64,000 nucleotides of DNA from Polymyxa betae A26-41 (taxonomy: Eukaryota > Protista > Endomyxa: Phytomyxea). Made by a program: the position numbers and the translations under genes. A model generated the notes under the pieces. It saw only the letters and a program-made list of their open reading frames with translations, ran no database searches and was not told the origin of the DNA. The stretch lies in NCBI GenBank assembly GCA_003693705.1, contig RBZT01000419.1, positions 62,001-126,000 on the forward strand, given 5' to 3'. Positions 23,690 to 34,089 of the stretch are shown here, one piece after another; position 1 is the first letter of the stretch, and each line of letters starts with the position of its first letter.

Positions 23690-25699
23690 TCAAACAGCAT
23701 TGGCTCCAACAGGCAACTCTTTCGCGAGTTCATGTTGATCATCTGCAGACTTGACTAAGCCTTGGCTAATAGGTCTAACTTTCACTTCTGGAACGGCAGC
23801 AGCAGCTTTACTCTCATCATCAAGACGAAGTCCCCGTCTTGGAGGCGCCTCTTTAACTTGAGCTGGTGCCGCTTTTTTCTGCTGCGGTTGTGGAGCTGGC
23901 TCAGGTGCTAGTTGAGGCTTTGAAGGAAGCGCCTTCTTGTCGATAATGATCTGATTTGCCTCGATATCTTTCTTGTCTGCTTCATGGTCTTGGGTTTTGG
24001 CAGCGGCTGCACGAGGCCCACCCCAGGTTCGAACACGGAATGTCATCATTCCATAAACCTGGAATGTAGCCGCCAATATAGGCAATCCGATCAAAATAAT
24101 AGGATAGAACCACATTATCTTGCGTCGTTTGATTTGCCAACCCGTGAACATAACGAAGCCCCAAATTGGCCCGAATATAGCACCACCGTAGAAATACGAG
24201 AAGAATGTGCCATTTCCCCGGAGGAGCTCAAGTAAAAACACATAAATAAAAAGAGGCCCGTTTTTCAGCGCCATCATACCAACAATAGCATTGAGAGCCG
24301 GGAACTGGCGCCATAGAATTGGGGACGTTAGCATGTAGATTTCGTTAGTCACTGTTCCGAGATACCAGCGGCGCCGTTGCTTCATCAAAGACGGGAAAGT
24401 CTCGCACCCTTCGGTTTTGCAACGTGCCGATTGACAAAACCCAATTCTATATTTTTCTGGACGGGACTCCATGATTAAGTGTGTCAGATAACGGTCTTCA
24501 CCAAGATGGGTCCGGTTGAAGTCAAAGGTATCTGAGGCTTCCATTTGGCCGAAATATGACGCTGCCACGCGAGCGAGAGTCTCGAATCGGACCATGGTTA
24601 AAGCACCAGGAAGGCATGATACCGATCCCAGATAATCCTCAGTGTTGCGCTGCAGCATTTGGGACTCGATATATTCAGTGTCTTGCAGAACTTTCCAGAA
24701 ACTATACGTGCCAGCAGTCTTGCATGTGATCAGTCCAGTGAGCGCTTCACGATAAATTCCAGTGTGGCGGTTCAAGTCATGAACAAAGTATGGGATCGCA
24801 TGAACTTCTAATTCAATATCGCTATCAATGAATAGCAATAATGGCTTGACTTCCAGCTTCTTGTACATATCGTTAAGATAGTTGAATGCGCACATCTGGG
24901 CATGTCGTTTACCACCGTGCTTGAAGCGGCATGGGGTCACTTTTAGCTTCCGATACATGATATCGCCGATAATCGGATATTCCTTCGGGTCGCTACTGAC
25001 ACCAAGTTCATCTAAGCCTTCACCGGTCGATAGCTTTTCAAAATCCGGGTTGGGATTTCCACTCATCAGACAGTAAACTACAGAACGATAGAGGGTTGAG
25101 ACTTCATCAGCGTCGAACGCCAATACCAAATGTAGCTTATGAAGAGGATATTTGGACTTAGTAACGGAATTGATAGCGATCATCAAGGTCTCGATAGGCT
25201 CATTGTAGATGGGCATGACGACCGTGACGAATGGAAGACTGTTCTTCTTCTTTCCATCTTCCAGGACTCGAGTGATTTCTGTTTCGGTTGGAGCACGACG
25301 ATAGGAGTCGGTTGCGCAACCGACTTTGAACCACGTAATGAGTACAAGCACGAACGGCTCAAATTGCAGGATTCGATACATCAGTCCTGACATCGGATCC
25401 CAAGGGCTGCCCCAGAATGCATTACGAAAGTTCATTGTTGAGAGCAGTAGTCCATAGATGCCCACGTTATAACATACGTAAACAGTCAGGAACAGGGCAG
25501 CAATAGCCCTTGTAGCGAACGAAGAAGGCTGGTTTTTCTCGCCTGTCCGAATGACATTGACTAATGTGATCACGTAGGTGATGAAATAACTCCAGGCATG
25601 CATGAAGGCAACGAGCAGAAAAAGCCAGACGATGGCGTAGACGGCTATTTGGCCGTAAGATGACCAGAACTCATCGACGATGTCGTTGAAGGTTGCCAT
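23690..25699 (-). CDS. Chitin synthase (GT2), class VI/ChsD-like, intronless
   Basis: VVMPIYNE, HGGKRHAQ, FIDSD, CLPGALT, LGEDRYLT, QRRRW and RTWGGPR motifs. N- and C-terminal TM helices. Confidence 0.92.
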   Translation of the reverse strand: MATFNDIVDEFWSSYGQIAVYAIVWLFLLVAFMHAWSYFITYVITLVNVIRTGEKNQPSSFATRAIAALFLTVYVCYNVGIYGLLLSTMNFRNAFWGSPWDPMSGLMYRILQFEPFVLVLITWFKVGCATDSYRRAPTETEITRVLEDGKKKNSLPFVTVVMPIYNEPIETLMIAINSVTKSKYPLHKLHLVLAFDADEVSTLYRSVVYCLMSGNPNPDFEKLSTGEGLDELGVSSDPKEYPIIGDIMYRKLKVTPCRFKHGGKRHAQMCAFNYLNDMYKKLEVKPLLLFIDSDIELEVHAIPYFVHDLNRHTGIYREALTGLITCKTAGTYSFWKVLQDTEYIESQMLQRNTEDYLGSVSCLPGALTMVRFETLARVAASYFGQMEASDTFDFNRTHLGEDRYLTHLIMESRPEKYRIGFCQSARCKTEGCETFPSLMKQRRRWYLGTVTNEIYMLTSPILWRQFPALNAIVGMMALKNGPLFIYVFLLELLRGNGTFFSYFYGGAIFGPIWGFVMFTGWQIKRRKIMWFYPIILIGLPILAATFQVYGMMTFRVRTWGGPRAAAAKTQDHEADKKDIEANQIIIDKKALPSKPQLAPEPAPQPQQKKAAPAQVKEAPPRRGLRLDDESKAAAAVPEVKVRPISQGLVKSADDQHELAKELPVGANAV

Positions 25700-26056
25700 G
25701 ATGGGTCTGCAGTGAATCCATAGCCCGAAAAAAAACGTCTTTCAGATGGCGCGCGTGCCATTTCGTTGACTCCATCGTGCTGGACCATGGAGGTCGGAAG
25801 CGGGATCTGGACGCAATCAACATCTATATCCATGTAGAAAATGGTGATGCCTTTGTATAATGACAGTCGCGTTTGACCATGATAAGTGGACCTTTACGTT
25901 GCAGGAGGCCGATCAAAATAGCACAGTGGGAGACGCCTTCAAGGGGCCGCACACGTCACTTCTCCCTGTTGCGGCCTGGCCTCCTGCGAGTTACGTACCC
26001 CTTTGACATTCACAGACTCTAACATCATCACATCCAAATCAAAATAGTCATTCGCA

Positions 26057-27142
26057 ATGGCTGATGTCATTGAGCCAGTCGGATCTCGAGGCGAGCCTAT
26101 CATCAATGTCAAGTCGCTGCGCATGCGGTTCGAACATGGGAACCAAGAGGGTGTCAATGCTGAGAAATCTCTGAACCTCGAAGTCGCTACGAAAGCAAGC
26201 GAAGGTATCAAGAAATTCGAATCGTTGGCCAAGAACGATCCAGGACAAAAGCTCAACGAATCAATTAGTCACTCGCTCAGTAGATCGGCTTCTGGAAGAG
26301 GGTCAATTCGTATCGGAAGTCTTAGGCATAAATTTGAATCTCTAGCGAATCGATCACTTCCGTCTGATTTATTTAACTTACCGGGTGAACTTGACGACGA
26401 CGGCATTCTCGATAATTCCTTAAACAACCTCGAGCCTGTTCCTGATGATCCCGCACGAGAATCCCCTCAAGCTTCAGATGTGAAGACAGAGACCGACTCT
26501 ACGCCCTTGGAGGGCGAAGCTGACGTTGCTGCTGATAACAATAACGCTTTATTGCCAGAACCTTCGACTGAAGAACAAGGTGAACTCGCTGCTTTTAAAG
26601 AAGAGATCAGCAAGGATATGAGCACATTTAGTGTCACAAGTGAAGACTCTTTCGATGATTCTGTCCCTGCGCTATGTCTAAAAGACGAAATCGAAAACGC
26701 CGAGGCATGTCAAATCTCCTCCGACATCGGCGAAGAGCATCTTGACATGCTCAACGCCGAACCCACCCTTACTGAAACTAAAGACACTATTGAGATTACC
26801 TCTGCGCAGCTGTTACAAGCTGCTGATGGGCTTGATACACCGGAGGGTGCTTCCGAAGAAGTCAACGAATCCCCTGCTCTTATTTCAAATCCTAGTATTG
26901 TCTCGACAGTCCCCACCCAAGACAAAATTAAGGAAGCAGCTTGTGTTCCATTTTCTGGGGAACAAGAAAATGTTCCTGTCGAGGGCATTCCAAAAGTGCA
27001 AGATAAGACGGAAGGTGAGTCGGATAACTGTAAACTCGAGATTCATTCCGACAATGAGCGCATTCCGATTGAAAGAAGTCTGCCTTCTCCTGTCAAGCGA
27101 GGATTCTTTGTACGTCTCTTCACCTGCGGCACTGCAATTTAG
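26057..27142 (+). CDS. Acidic, probably disordered hypothetical protein with repeated (S)L+xKFE motifs
   Basis: 361-aa uninterrupted ORF, E/D/S/P-rich; ends KRGFFVRLFTCGTAI. Confidence 0.7.
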   Translation: MADVIEPVGSRGEPIINVKSLRMRFEHGNQEGVNAEKSLNLEVATKASEGIKKFESLAKNDPGQKLNESISHSLSRSASGRGSIRIGSLRHKFESLANRSLPSDLFNLPGELDDDGILDNSLNNLEPVPDDPARESPQASDVKTETDSTPLEGEADVAADNNNALLPEPSTEEQGELAAFKEEISKDMSTFSVTSEDSFDDSVPALCLKDEIENAEACQISSDIGEEHLDMLNAEPTLTETKDTIEITSAQLLQAADGLDTPEGASEEVNESPALISNPSIVSTVPTQDKIKEAACVPFSGEQENVPVEGIPKVQDKTEGESDNCKLEIHSDNERIPIERSLPSPVKRGFFVRLFTCGTAI

Positions 27143-27626
27143 TCGAGTGAATGGGTTTTAATATAAACTTCTATTGCCTGACACCTGTATGCAAATAATC
27201 AGCAACGTTTTGGCGAAAGATAACTGAAGTTTTCGATGATATTCATAACAAAATACGATTCTTCCCAATGTGAAACCAATATTGAGCGAACTCTCATTCT
27301 TCCAGGGAACGAACAAGGCTTATATGAGCTTGGCTGTTTCCGGTTGAAGTTGAGATGGACTTGCTCAGAACATCTGGTCACCATGATGATAAATTTTTCA
27401 TGTTGCCGAATATCTAAAAAACACACCGTTACAAACTTCAGTACTGTTAGGTAAATATTTCGGTTACAAGTGAGTTCTGTTGAAAAAAAGGTTCTTTATC
27501 TGGGCGAAATCATGAAATAGACTTGTCCAGTTGACGTCATGTGATTGAGGCACACGCCAGAAATATCGTTCGACTAGAAATATTGCCATTACGATCATCT
27601 GTCAATCTGCACAACTTTTCAGAAAG

Positions 27627-28061
27627 ATGCTGAATGCTGCTGACCATCATGAAGAAAGCATTTATTCAAAGCTTCTAAGTCAAGATGCCAATCTGGAGGA
27701 AGCTTTGGGAGACGAGTTCACCGATTCCGAAACCAAGGGCACTGATGAACGTACTGCCTGGATCAATTGTGGTTTATCAGTTATCATCCAATGGCACGTC
27801 CCGTTAGTCCTGTACATGCTGACCAAGTTGGGAACCCAGATGGAATCGGCACCTATCGGGCTGCTTTGGTATTCGTCCGAGCTTTTCTGGCTCTTCTTTT
27901 TCGACGCGTGCTGCATTCATTTGGTTTGGGCGTACTTCCGCCACGACAATCCAGACAGCGCCATCGAGCTTCACTTGAGAATTCTGATGATCGTATCAAT
28001 TATATGGGACTGCATCGTTATCGGATTTGTGGGAGCCGCCAACTTTGGGCTTGTTGGGTGA
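27627..28061 (+). CDS. Small hypothetical multi-pass membrane protein
   Basis: 144-aa ATG ORF with about three hydrophobic segments, followed by an AT-rich 3' region. Confidence 0.55.
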   Translation: MLNAADHHEESIYSKLLSQDANLEEALGDEFTDSETKGTDERTAWINCGLSVIIQWHVPLVLYMLTKLGTQMESAPIGLLWYSSELFWLFFFDACCIHLVWAYFRHDNPDSAIELHLRILMIVSIIWDCIVIGFVGAANFGLVG

Positions 28062-28120
28062 AGAATGAACTTGACTTTACATAGATATAAATAAATAATT
28101 AAAGACATGAAAGATTGTTA

Positions 28121-29022
28121 TCATCTCCAGAACTGCGACACAATTTCCACAATCCTGAGAGAAACAGCTGCTCTAGCCTCCTCTGTTTTGTTTATGACAG
28201 ACTCGAGCTTCGATTGTAACATCCGATCAGCAGCGAGACCATTGATTACGGCCAGCATTGTTTGCTGTTCCACATCATTGACCCGCCTTCTTGGTGGCAT
28301 AACCCGATTTAGACCAACTTTTCCAACTAGATCGGCCATTTGACCAAAGTGATCTGCCGCTTTCGACGCTGTTTGCAGCATCTGCAACAGTTCGGCGATT
28401 GAGTCAAGACTATCAGAGGAGTTGGACTCCAGTGTTAAACACATATCGACTCGGGATGCGATCTGCCGCCGTTCACCACCTAGTTCCTATCGATGATACT
28501 CAAAATAGATAGAGCGGCAGAAAAGACTGCTGTACTTTGAGGTCGCATCCAACAGGTGAGGGCATCTGATGCAACTGTAAACTATTCATACTAATTAACG
28601 TCTCACGAGCAACACGGATCCTTTCATCGACGTCCTCAAGTTGGCTAGTTGCAGCATCAAGATCCACTCGAATCTGCTTCAATGATTCGTAGATGCGATC
28701 TTGCCTTTTTTGTGCCTAATGTGCCTAAACTCTTGTTGGGTAAAACGAAGCAGGTTCCACATACAAGTCTTCGGAGTAGTTTTCGATCGGAGTGAGAACG
28801 TTCAAGAATGGCGGCGATATGTTGGCGAGATTCATCCATTAAAGTTGAGAGTTCATCGCGTGTCCGCTCTAAGCGATCAACAATGGCATCGGCATGCGCG
28901 ATCCCAATATCAACAACCGTGACCGCATCCAGGGCGTGAGCCAGTTGTTTGGCTAGGAGCTCTTCAATGGTGGCTAGCGCATCGGATGGCGTTTCCCTGA
29001 ACGTATTTAAACATTCTAGCAT
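28121..29022 (-). CDS. Hypothetical coiled-coil protein (multi-exon)
   Basis: Three consecutive helical, heptad-rich ORF segments separated by intron-sized gaps. Confidence 0.6.
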
Positions 29023-29237
29023 GGAGTGTTAGGCCGAAGACGAAGGCCGAGTGGTGACGACGGACTGCGTTCTATCCAATGTCTCGCAAGCAGAAAAAAG
29101 ACTCGCAGGCGAAAACAGTTTCACTCGAAGGTTTCTGCAGTTAGAGCAGTGATGGAAATCATTTCCTGCTGTCATGATCATCAACATCAGGTTTACCATG
29201 ACTGTAAAGAGAGGCTGCGCCTCCAGCCTTAGAGTCG

Positions 29238-29679
29238 TATGGTGCCCACTGTCTTAAACCGCCAACTTTGATGGAAAGTCCAATTCAGAATCCAAAAGTC
29301 CGTACGCAGTTTTTCGGAATTTGGCTCAAAATGCCCAAGATTTTTGCTTTTTTCGGAGGCCAAAAGGTTAAGGATTCTAGCCACGGAGCAGACGGAGTTT
29401 TATTTTTCTGACTGTGCAAATAAAACGCCCGTAAAAGTTTTTTGTGCGCTCACTGTGCAATAGGGATAGTCCAAAAAATTTCCGTTCCCTTATCTCGAAA
29501 AACAGCGATAACTTCATGAGTATTTATTTTCACAAAGAAATCGAAGTATTTTTGAGCTCGGATTGATGAGATCTGACGAAATATGCTGTATTTACCCCAT
29601 TGTGGATCTCATTGAGGATTTTATCGGCTGCGCTTTCCTCTCTATCAAAAGTAGGCGGTTTAAGATAGTGGGCACCATA
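29238..29679. mobile_element. Non-autonomous MITE with TA target-site duplication (Tc1/mariner-like)
   Basis: TA-TGGTGCCCACTGTCTTAAACCGCC... at 29238 and ...GGCGGTTTAAGATAGTGGGCACCA-TA ending 29679: 23/24-nt terminal inverted repeat extending imperfectly to about 36 nt. AT-rich, non-coding interior. Confidence 0.85.
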
Positions 29680-29694
29680 GTATCATTTATTAGG

Positions 29695-32583
29695 TCAACG
29701 GCTTCGCCGCTTGCGACGGCGAAGGCCTTGCGTCGGATGCGATCGGCTATTGTATACGATGAAGAATAGCCCGATGACTCGAAGGGTCGCGTATATGATT
29801 ATGTTGGCCCAAATAAATGTCCAGAGATCCGCTGATGCTAGCGAATACATGTTATGTAGAGCCTGTTGGCCTGTTGTCATTGGGCAAACCGAGGCGCCAT
29901 TGGCCAAGTGCAGGTATTCATCACCGCTGCAGTATAGCTCCAATCCATCTAGCTCATTGATTAGCAGCGCCCCGAGGGCGTACTTGAACCTTCCAGGTGG
30001 TTTCAGTTTTCCCAATATAAGATGATACGTCTGGCTTACGGGGAGATGTATTCTATCCAGCGTAAAGCAACAGATATAGAAACAGTGTTCACTAGAAATC
30101 CAGAGAACACTACCAGTGGCATCATTATCAAAGCTGCATAATGAGTATTAATCGCTCATACAATAAATTAGCCTCGAACTCACAAGCGCTTCCTGCGGCC
30201 ACCTGTGGATTAGGGAATACACATCCAATCATGATGCCAAGAGCATCACACGTACACATTCCAAGGCACATGATAAGCATAAACATCCCAAACTTGTACC
30301 AACTTGACTGGAATCCAATCATTGGATAGCTGATTGATGACATCAGCATGGCTTGGATTGTTAAGAAGGGCATTTCTGTGATGCCTTTACTTATGAAATA
30401 CGCAGACTGCTGAAGCATTAGAATGAACCGGGAAGGCAAATATGCCTTACAGGATGATACAGATGGTAAAATTCCTTCGTTGCTAAAGGGTATTCTTCTG
30501 GAAGCTAGAAATAACTCTCAATGCCACATTAAATCCAAATTATCAGTTTACCAGTCTCACAGCATCCAAGGCGGACCCCATTCCAATTGAAAGCATCATG
30601 AAGAAAGCTGCACCACCTCGGTCGCGAATGGATTTCTGCAGAAAATCACATAATATCCAACATGCAAGATCATTCCTTGCCTGATCGTTTCCAATGTTTG
30701 TAAAAAGTGCTCCACATAACAGACCCGCAACAATAGTTTTTATCAAGCGCACCCTCAAAAGCTTTGGCTGCCGAATGTAGTTAATCACATTCCTTCTACA
30801 AACATGACGAAGTTGGTGGAGCCAATTCACTCGAACTTTGGTCTTATGAGTTGGCAGTATGTGAGATGACCGTTGAGTAGAACAATTGTTGTTCGGCTGC
30901 CTTGAAGCCTCAGATAGAATCTTTTCAATTCTACTACGTGCTTGCTCTATATTGCCACTGTTGTCTTCATTCCAGTGAATGCTTAACAAGTTAACTAAAG
31001 CAATCGTAAGGATTAAACTCAGGACGGTACAACGATTTTCATACTATAATATTCACATGGGTTTGTATAAGCAGGGAGCGTGAACCCGATTCTAGAGAAA
31101 TACAGTATGGAATCATCAGGTGGTCCGAAGAATGCACTGCTGCCACCGGAAAGTAGCAGAACGCGGTCGAATAACCGAAACAGTTCCATGGTCGGCTGAT
31201 GGATTGATGCAATTATCGTTCGCCCGTCATTAGCTAGTCTGCGAAGACTCAGGATTACTGACTGTAGGACAGCATTAAATCTTCTCAAAGAAGACGAAAA
31301 ACAGTAACGACCTCTGCCGTTGAAGAATCTAATGCCGATGTAGGTTCTGTATGGTACCGATTTTGAGTTAAACTGTTTATACAGCGGAACCAGGATTTAA
31401 TTTACCATCTAAAAAAATTAATCTTGGGTTTGTGACCAATTCGACGGCTATTGAAGTTCTAACGTCCATCTTCAGTATTTGGGTGTCGACCACATTGATA
31501 CAGACCGTTTCCGTTCACCACCTGAAATTCCCTTGAGGTTTTTTCCGCCAATAACGCGATCTGCACATGTTTCCAAGCCTAATATCCCCAGGACCCTGGC
31601 ATTGGACTAAATATCAATTGCATTTTTTGAGGATTGTCTAGCCCTATTTACCTTTCAGTTGTGGATCTTCTCGTTTTCAGATCAATATCTGGTTTAGTGA
31701 TATCAACAACGAAGTCGACTGATTCTCGTGGTGTCAAGGTCTCCATCAAAATGTCGTTCTGCCGGACCTATAGTGATAAATAATACTTAATACGGAATCA
31801 GCCGTGTTTGCAACGCTTCTTACGTATCCAGTTATTCTAGAAAATGATATTGGATCAATTGGGCCTTGATCAACGAGAATCTGCCCAGTTTGAACCTGAT
31901 TTCTGCTAGTAGAAAGCTGATGGCATAATGCATTCAACAAGGTCGTTTTTCCACATCCTATGAACAATGAGCATTTATATTCCACAGTGGATAAGAACAT
32001 ATTGCTTATTGATAGAACAAATCAAACTAGTTGAAATTTCCGAAATTCAGCGAAAACGGCCTTCTTTGCAAGACATTGATCAGAATAATCTCACCACTAG
32101 GCCCCATGATAGCAAATAATTCTCCAGGTTTAACAAATCCCGATAAGTTTGACAAAACCGGTTGTCCATCGATCTGTGAAAGCAGCCATGATTCTATGAG
32201 GAAACGACTGTGCGGTTACGAAATGATCTTACAATAACTGAGAGGTGTTCCCAATCTAGACGAACACCTTTGTCTTGGAGACTTCTATTTGAATCCAGAT
32301 CATGCAAACCGAAACTTCCGATGGTTCGCATCTGGCTGATTCGTCGCGATTGGCCAGCCTCGCCAACTTTAACGAAATTCGATGTGGGATCTTCAAGTAC
32401 GACTTCATCAATTGGAATTGGAAATGAATCATCGCGATGCGCTGGATCGGTATTGCTGCGACTATCAGACAATGATTGGATCTTAATTTCTCCACCATTA
32501 TCACCAAAGGGAACGATCTGGTCAGTCCCCGGAGGTGCTGACATCCCTGTAGTCCATCGTCTGAACGACATTAAAAAGTACAC
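29695..32583 (-). CDS. ABCG (White-family) half ABC transporter (multi-exon; start probably MSAPPG near 32543)
   Basis: Walker A MGPSG|CGKTT, signature ISGGERKR, Walker B IFLD|EPTSALDS, H-loop SIHQP, followed by an ABC2 membrane domain (NBD-TMD order). Confidence 0.92.
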
Positions 32584-33039
32584 AAGATCGAACTTGCAAG
32601 AATCTGGCTAATTTCATCCTGCAGGACAATAACTGCCCAACGCTGATCGAATGAAAGAGCTCGTAAATGTCAACTATCTGGCTTCTGGACGGTTCCGTCC
32701 ACTGCCTGAGCCAGACGAGTTGTCGAACGCCAACATTCCAGCGTCTGCGATGCTCTTGACCGAAACCAGACCGCAATGGCGTATTCGTAAATGAACATAG
32801 CGGAAATATTCGATAATGGAAATGTTTATTAGAAATAAATTATGTTCTGGTTGTGTCGAAGCGCTCCATACGGGAAATTGGCCTACAAGCAATGGGACAC
32901 GTCACACGTTACACTGGAGGTATCAGTTGACAAGTTGATTTCATCAGTCATGAGCGCAACCACAGCCACCCATGACATGACTGACAAGCCTTCAGCCTTG
33001 TCAAAATGTCCTGGTTCAAACTTCAGTTTATACAGTTTA

Positions 33040-33930
33040 TCACTTCACTCGAGACTTGGATTTGATCTTGGCGTCTTCTGCTGCGCGTGTCAGTATCTCA
33101 CGATGGTATTTGCGGGCGCGACGATACGCTGCCACACGCTCACGGCCGATATTCTTGGCCTGGCTTTTATGCCGCCTGTCCAGTTGCATGGCGAAAGCGT
33201 ATAGGTCGCGTTGGGTATCGTCCATATTTTTCATGTTATAGGCTGGGTATCCGCTTCGAAATCGCTCTGCACAGACCTCCGGCCGCGGTAGAAGGCCATG
33301 ATCGACGAATACTTCCAGTGAGGCCTCGAGGCGATGTGATGGCTTTGATCTAGGCTGTATGGACGTAACTACGGATTGCTGGGATGGTGCTGCAGCTGAT
33401 TGCGGTTTAGCGGGACTTAATAGGTCACGAAATAAATCTTCTGGAGCTGCTTCTTGTGCAGTAGCGTTGGGAGAAGTTTGGTCGCCATTGAACTCTGCCA
33501 ATCTGTCTTCAAATGATATATTCTGCTTCGGGACAAACGCCTTCAAATGTTTAAGAGCTTCAGGAACTTTTTGGATAGATTGGAAAGCTCGTCGTATGCT
33601 GTCTGAATGTATACTTGACTGACGAGAATGGGTTCTATGACTTCCTCGCCGTCGAATGGATCGTCGATGGTGTGAATTCGACGCCGTTGAACTTCTGTGT
33701 GTTGAGCCTCTATGTGTCTGCGACAGAGCTTCAGCTATCATTGCTGCCGATGGCTGTGTTTTTAGAGATGTACACGATGAAGAGCTTGGCAATAAGCGAT
33801 CCCTCTGGCCATCGTGAAATCGTCCGACTTTGCGTTTCAATAATCGATACTTGCTATTCTCAGCTCGACGATTGATTATTGATAATTCATGTTCGATTTC
33901 TTCGAACTCAATTATCCACCCTGAGGGCAT
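33040..33930 (-). CDS. Hypothetical basic, Ser/Arg/His-rich protein
   Basis: 296-aa uninterrupted ORF; no family recognised. Confidence 0.6.
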   Translation of the reverse strand: MPSGWIIEFEEIEHELSIINRRAENSKYRLLKRKVGRFHDGQRDRLLPSSSSCTSLKTQPSAAMIAEALSQTHRGSTHRSSTASNSHHRRSIRRRGSHRTHSRQSSIHSDSIRRAFQSIQKVPEALKHLKAFVPKQNISFEDRLAEFNGDQTSPNATAQEAAPEDLFRDLLSPAKPQSAAAPSQQSVVTSIQPRSKPSHRLEASLEVFVDHGLLPRPEVCAERFRSGYPAYNMKNMDDTQRDLYAFAMQLDRRHKSQAKNIGRERVAAYRRARKYHREILTRAAEDAKIKSKSRVK

Positions 33931-34089
33931 TTTTTTTCAGGTCGTGCCAGACAATGATGGTGGAGGTATGTTCAGGCACGCGTTCTTCCATAAGTTTGTA
34001 TTGAGAATTTCGGAAGTTCTGTTTGGATATTTTGATCGTTAAGAGGTCATGTCAGTACCGGCGATTCTACGAAGAAACACTTATCTGTC

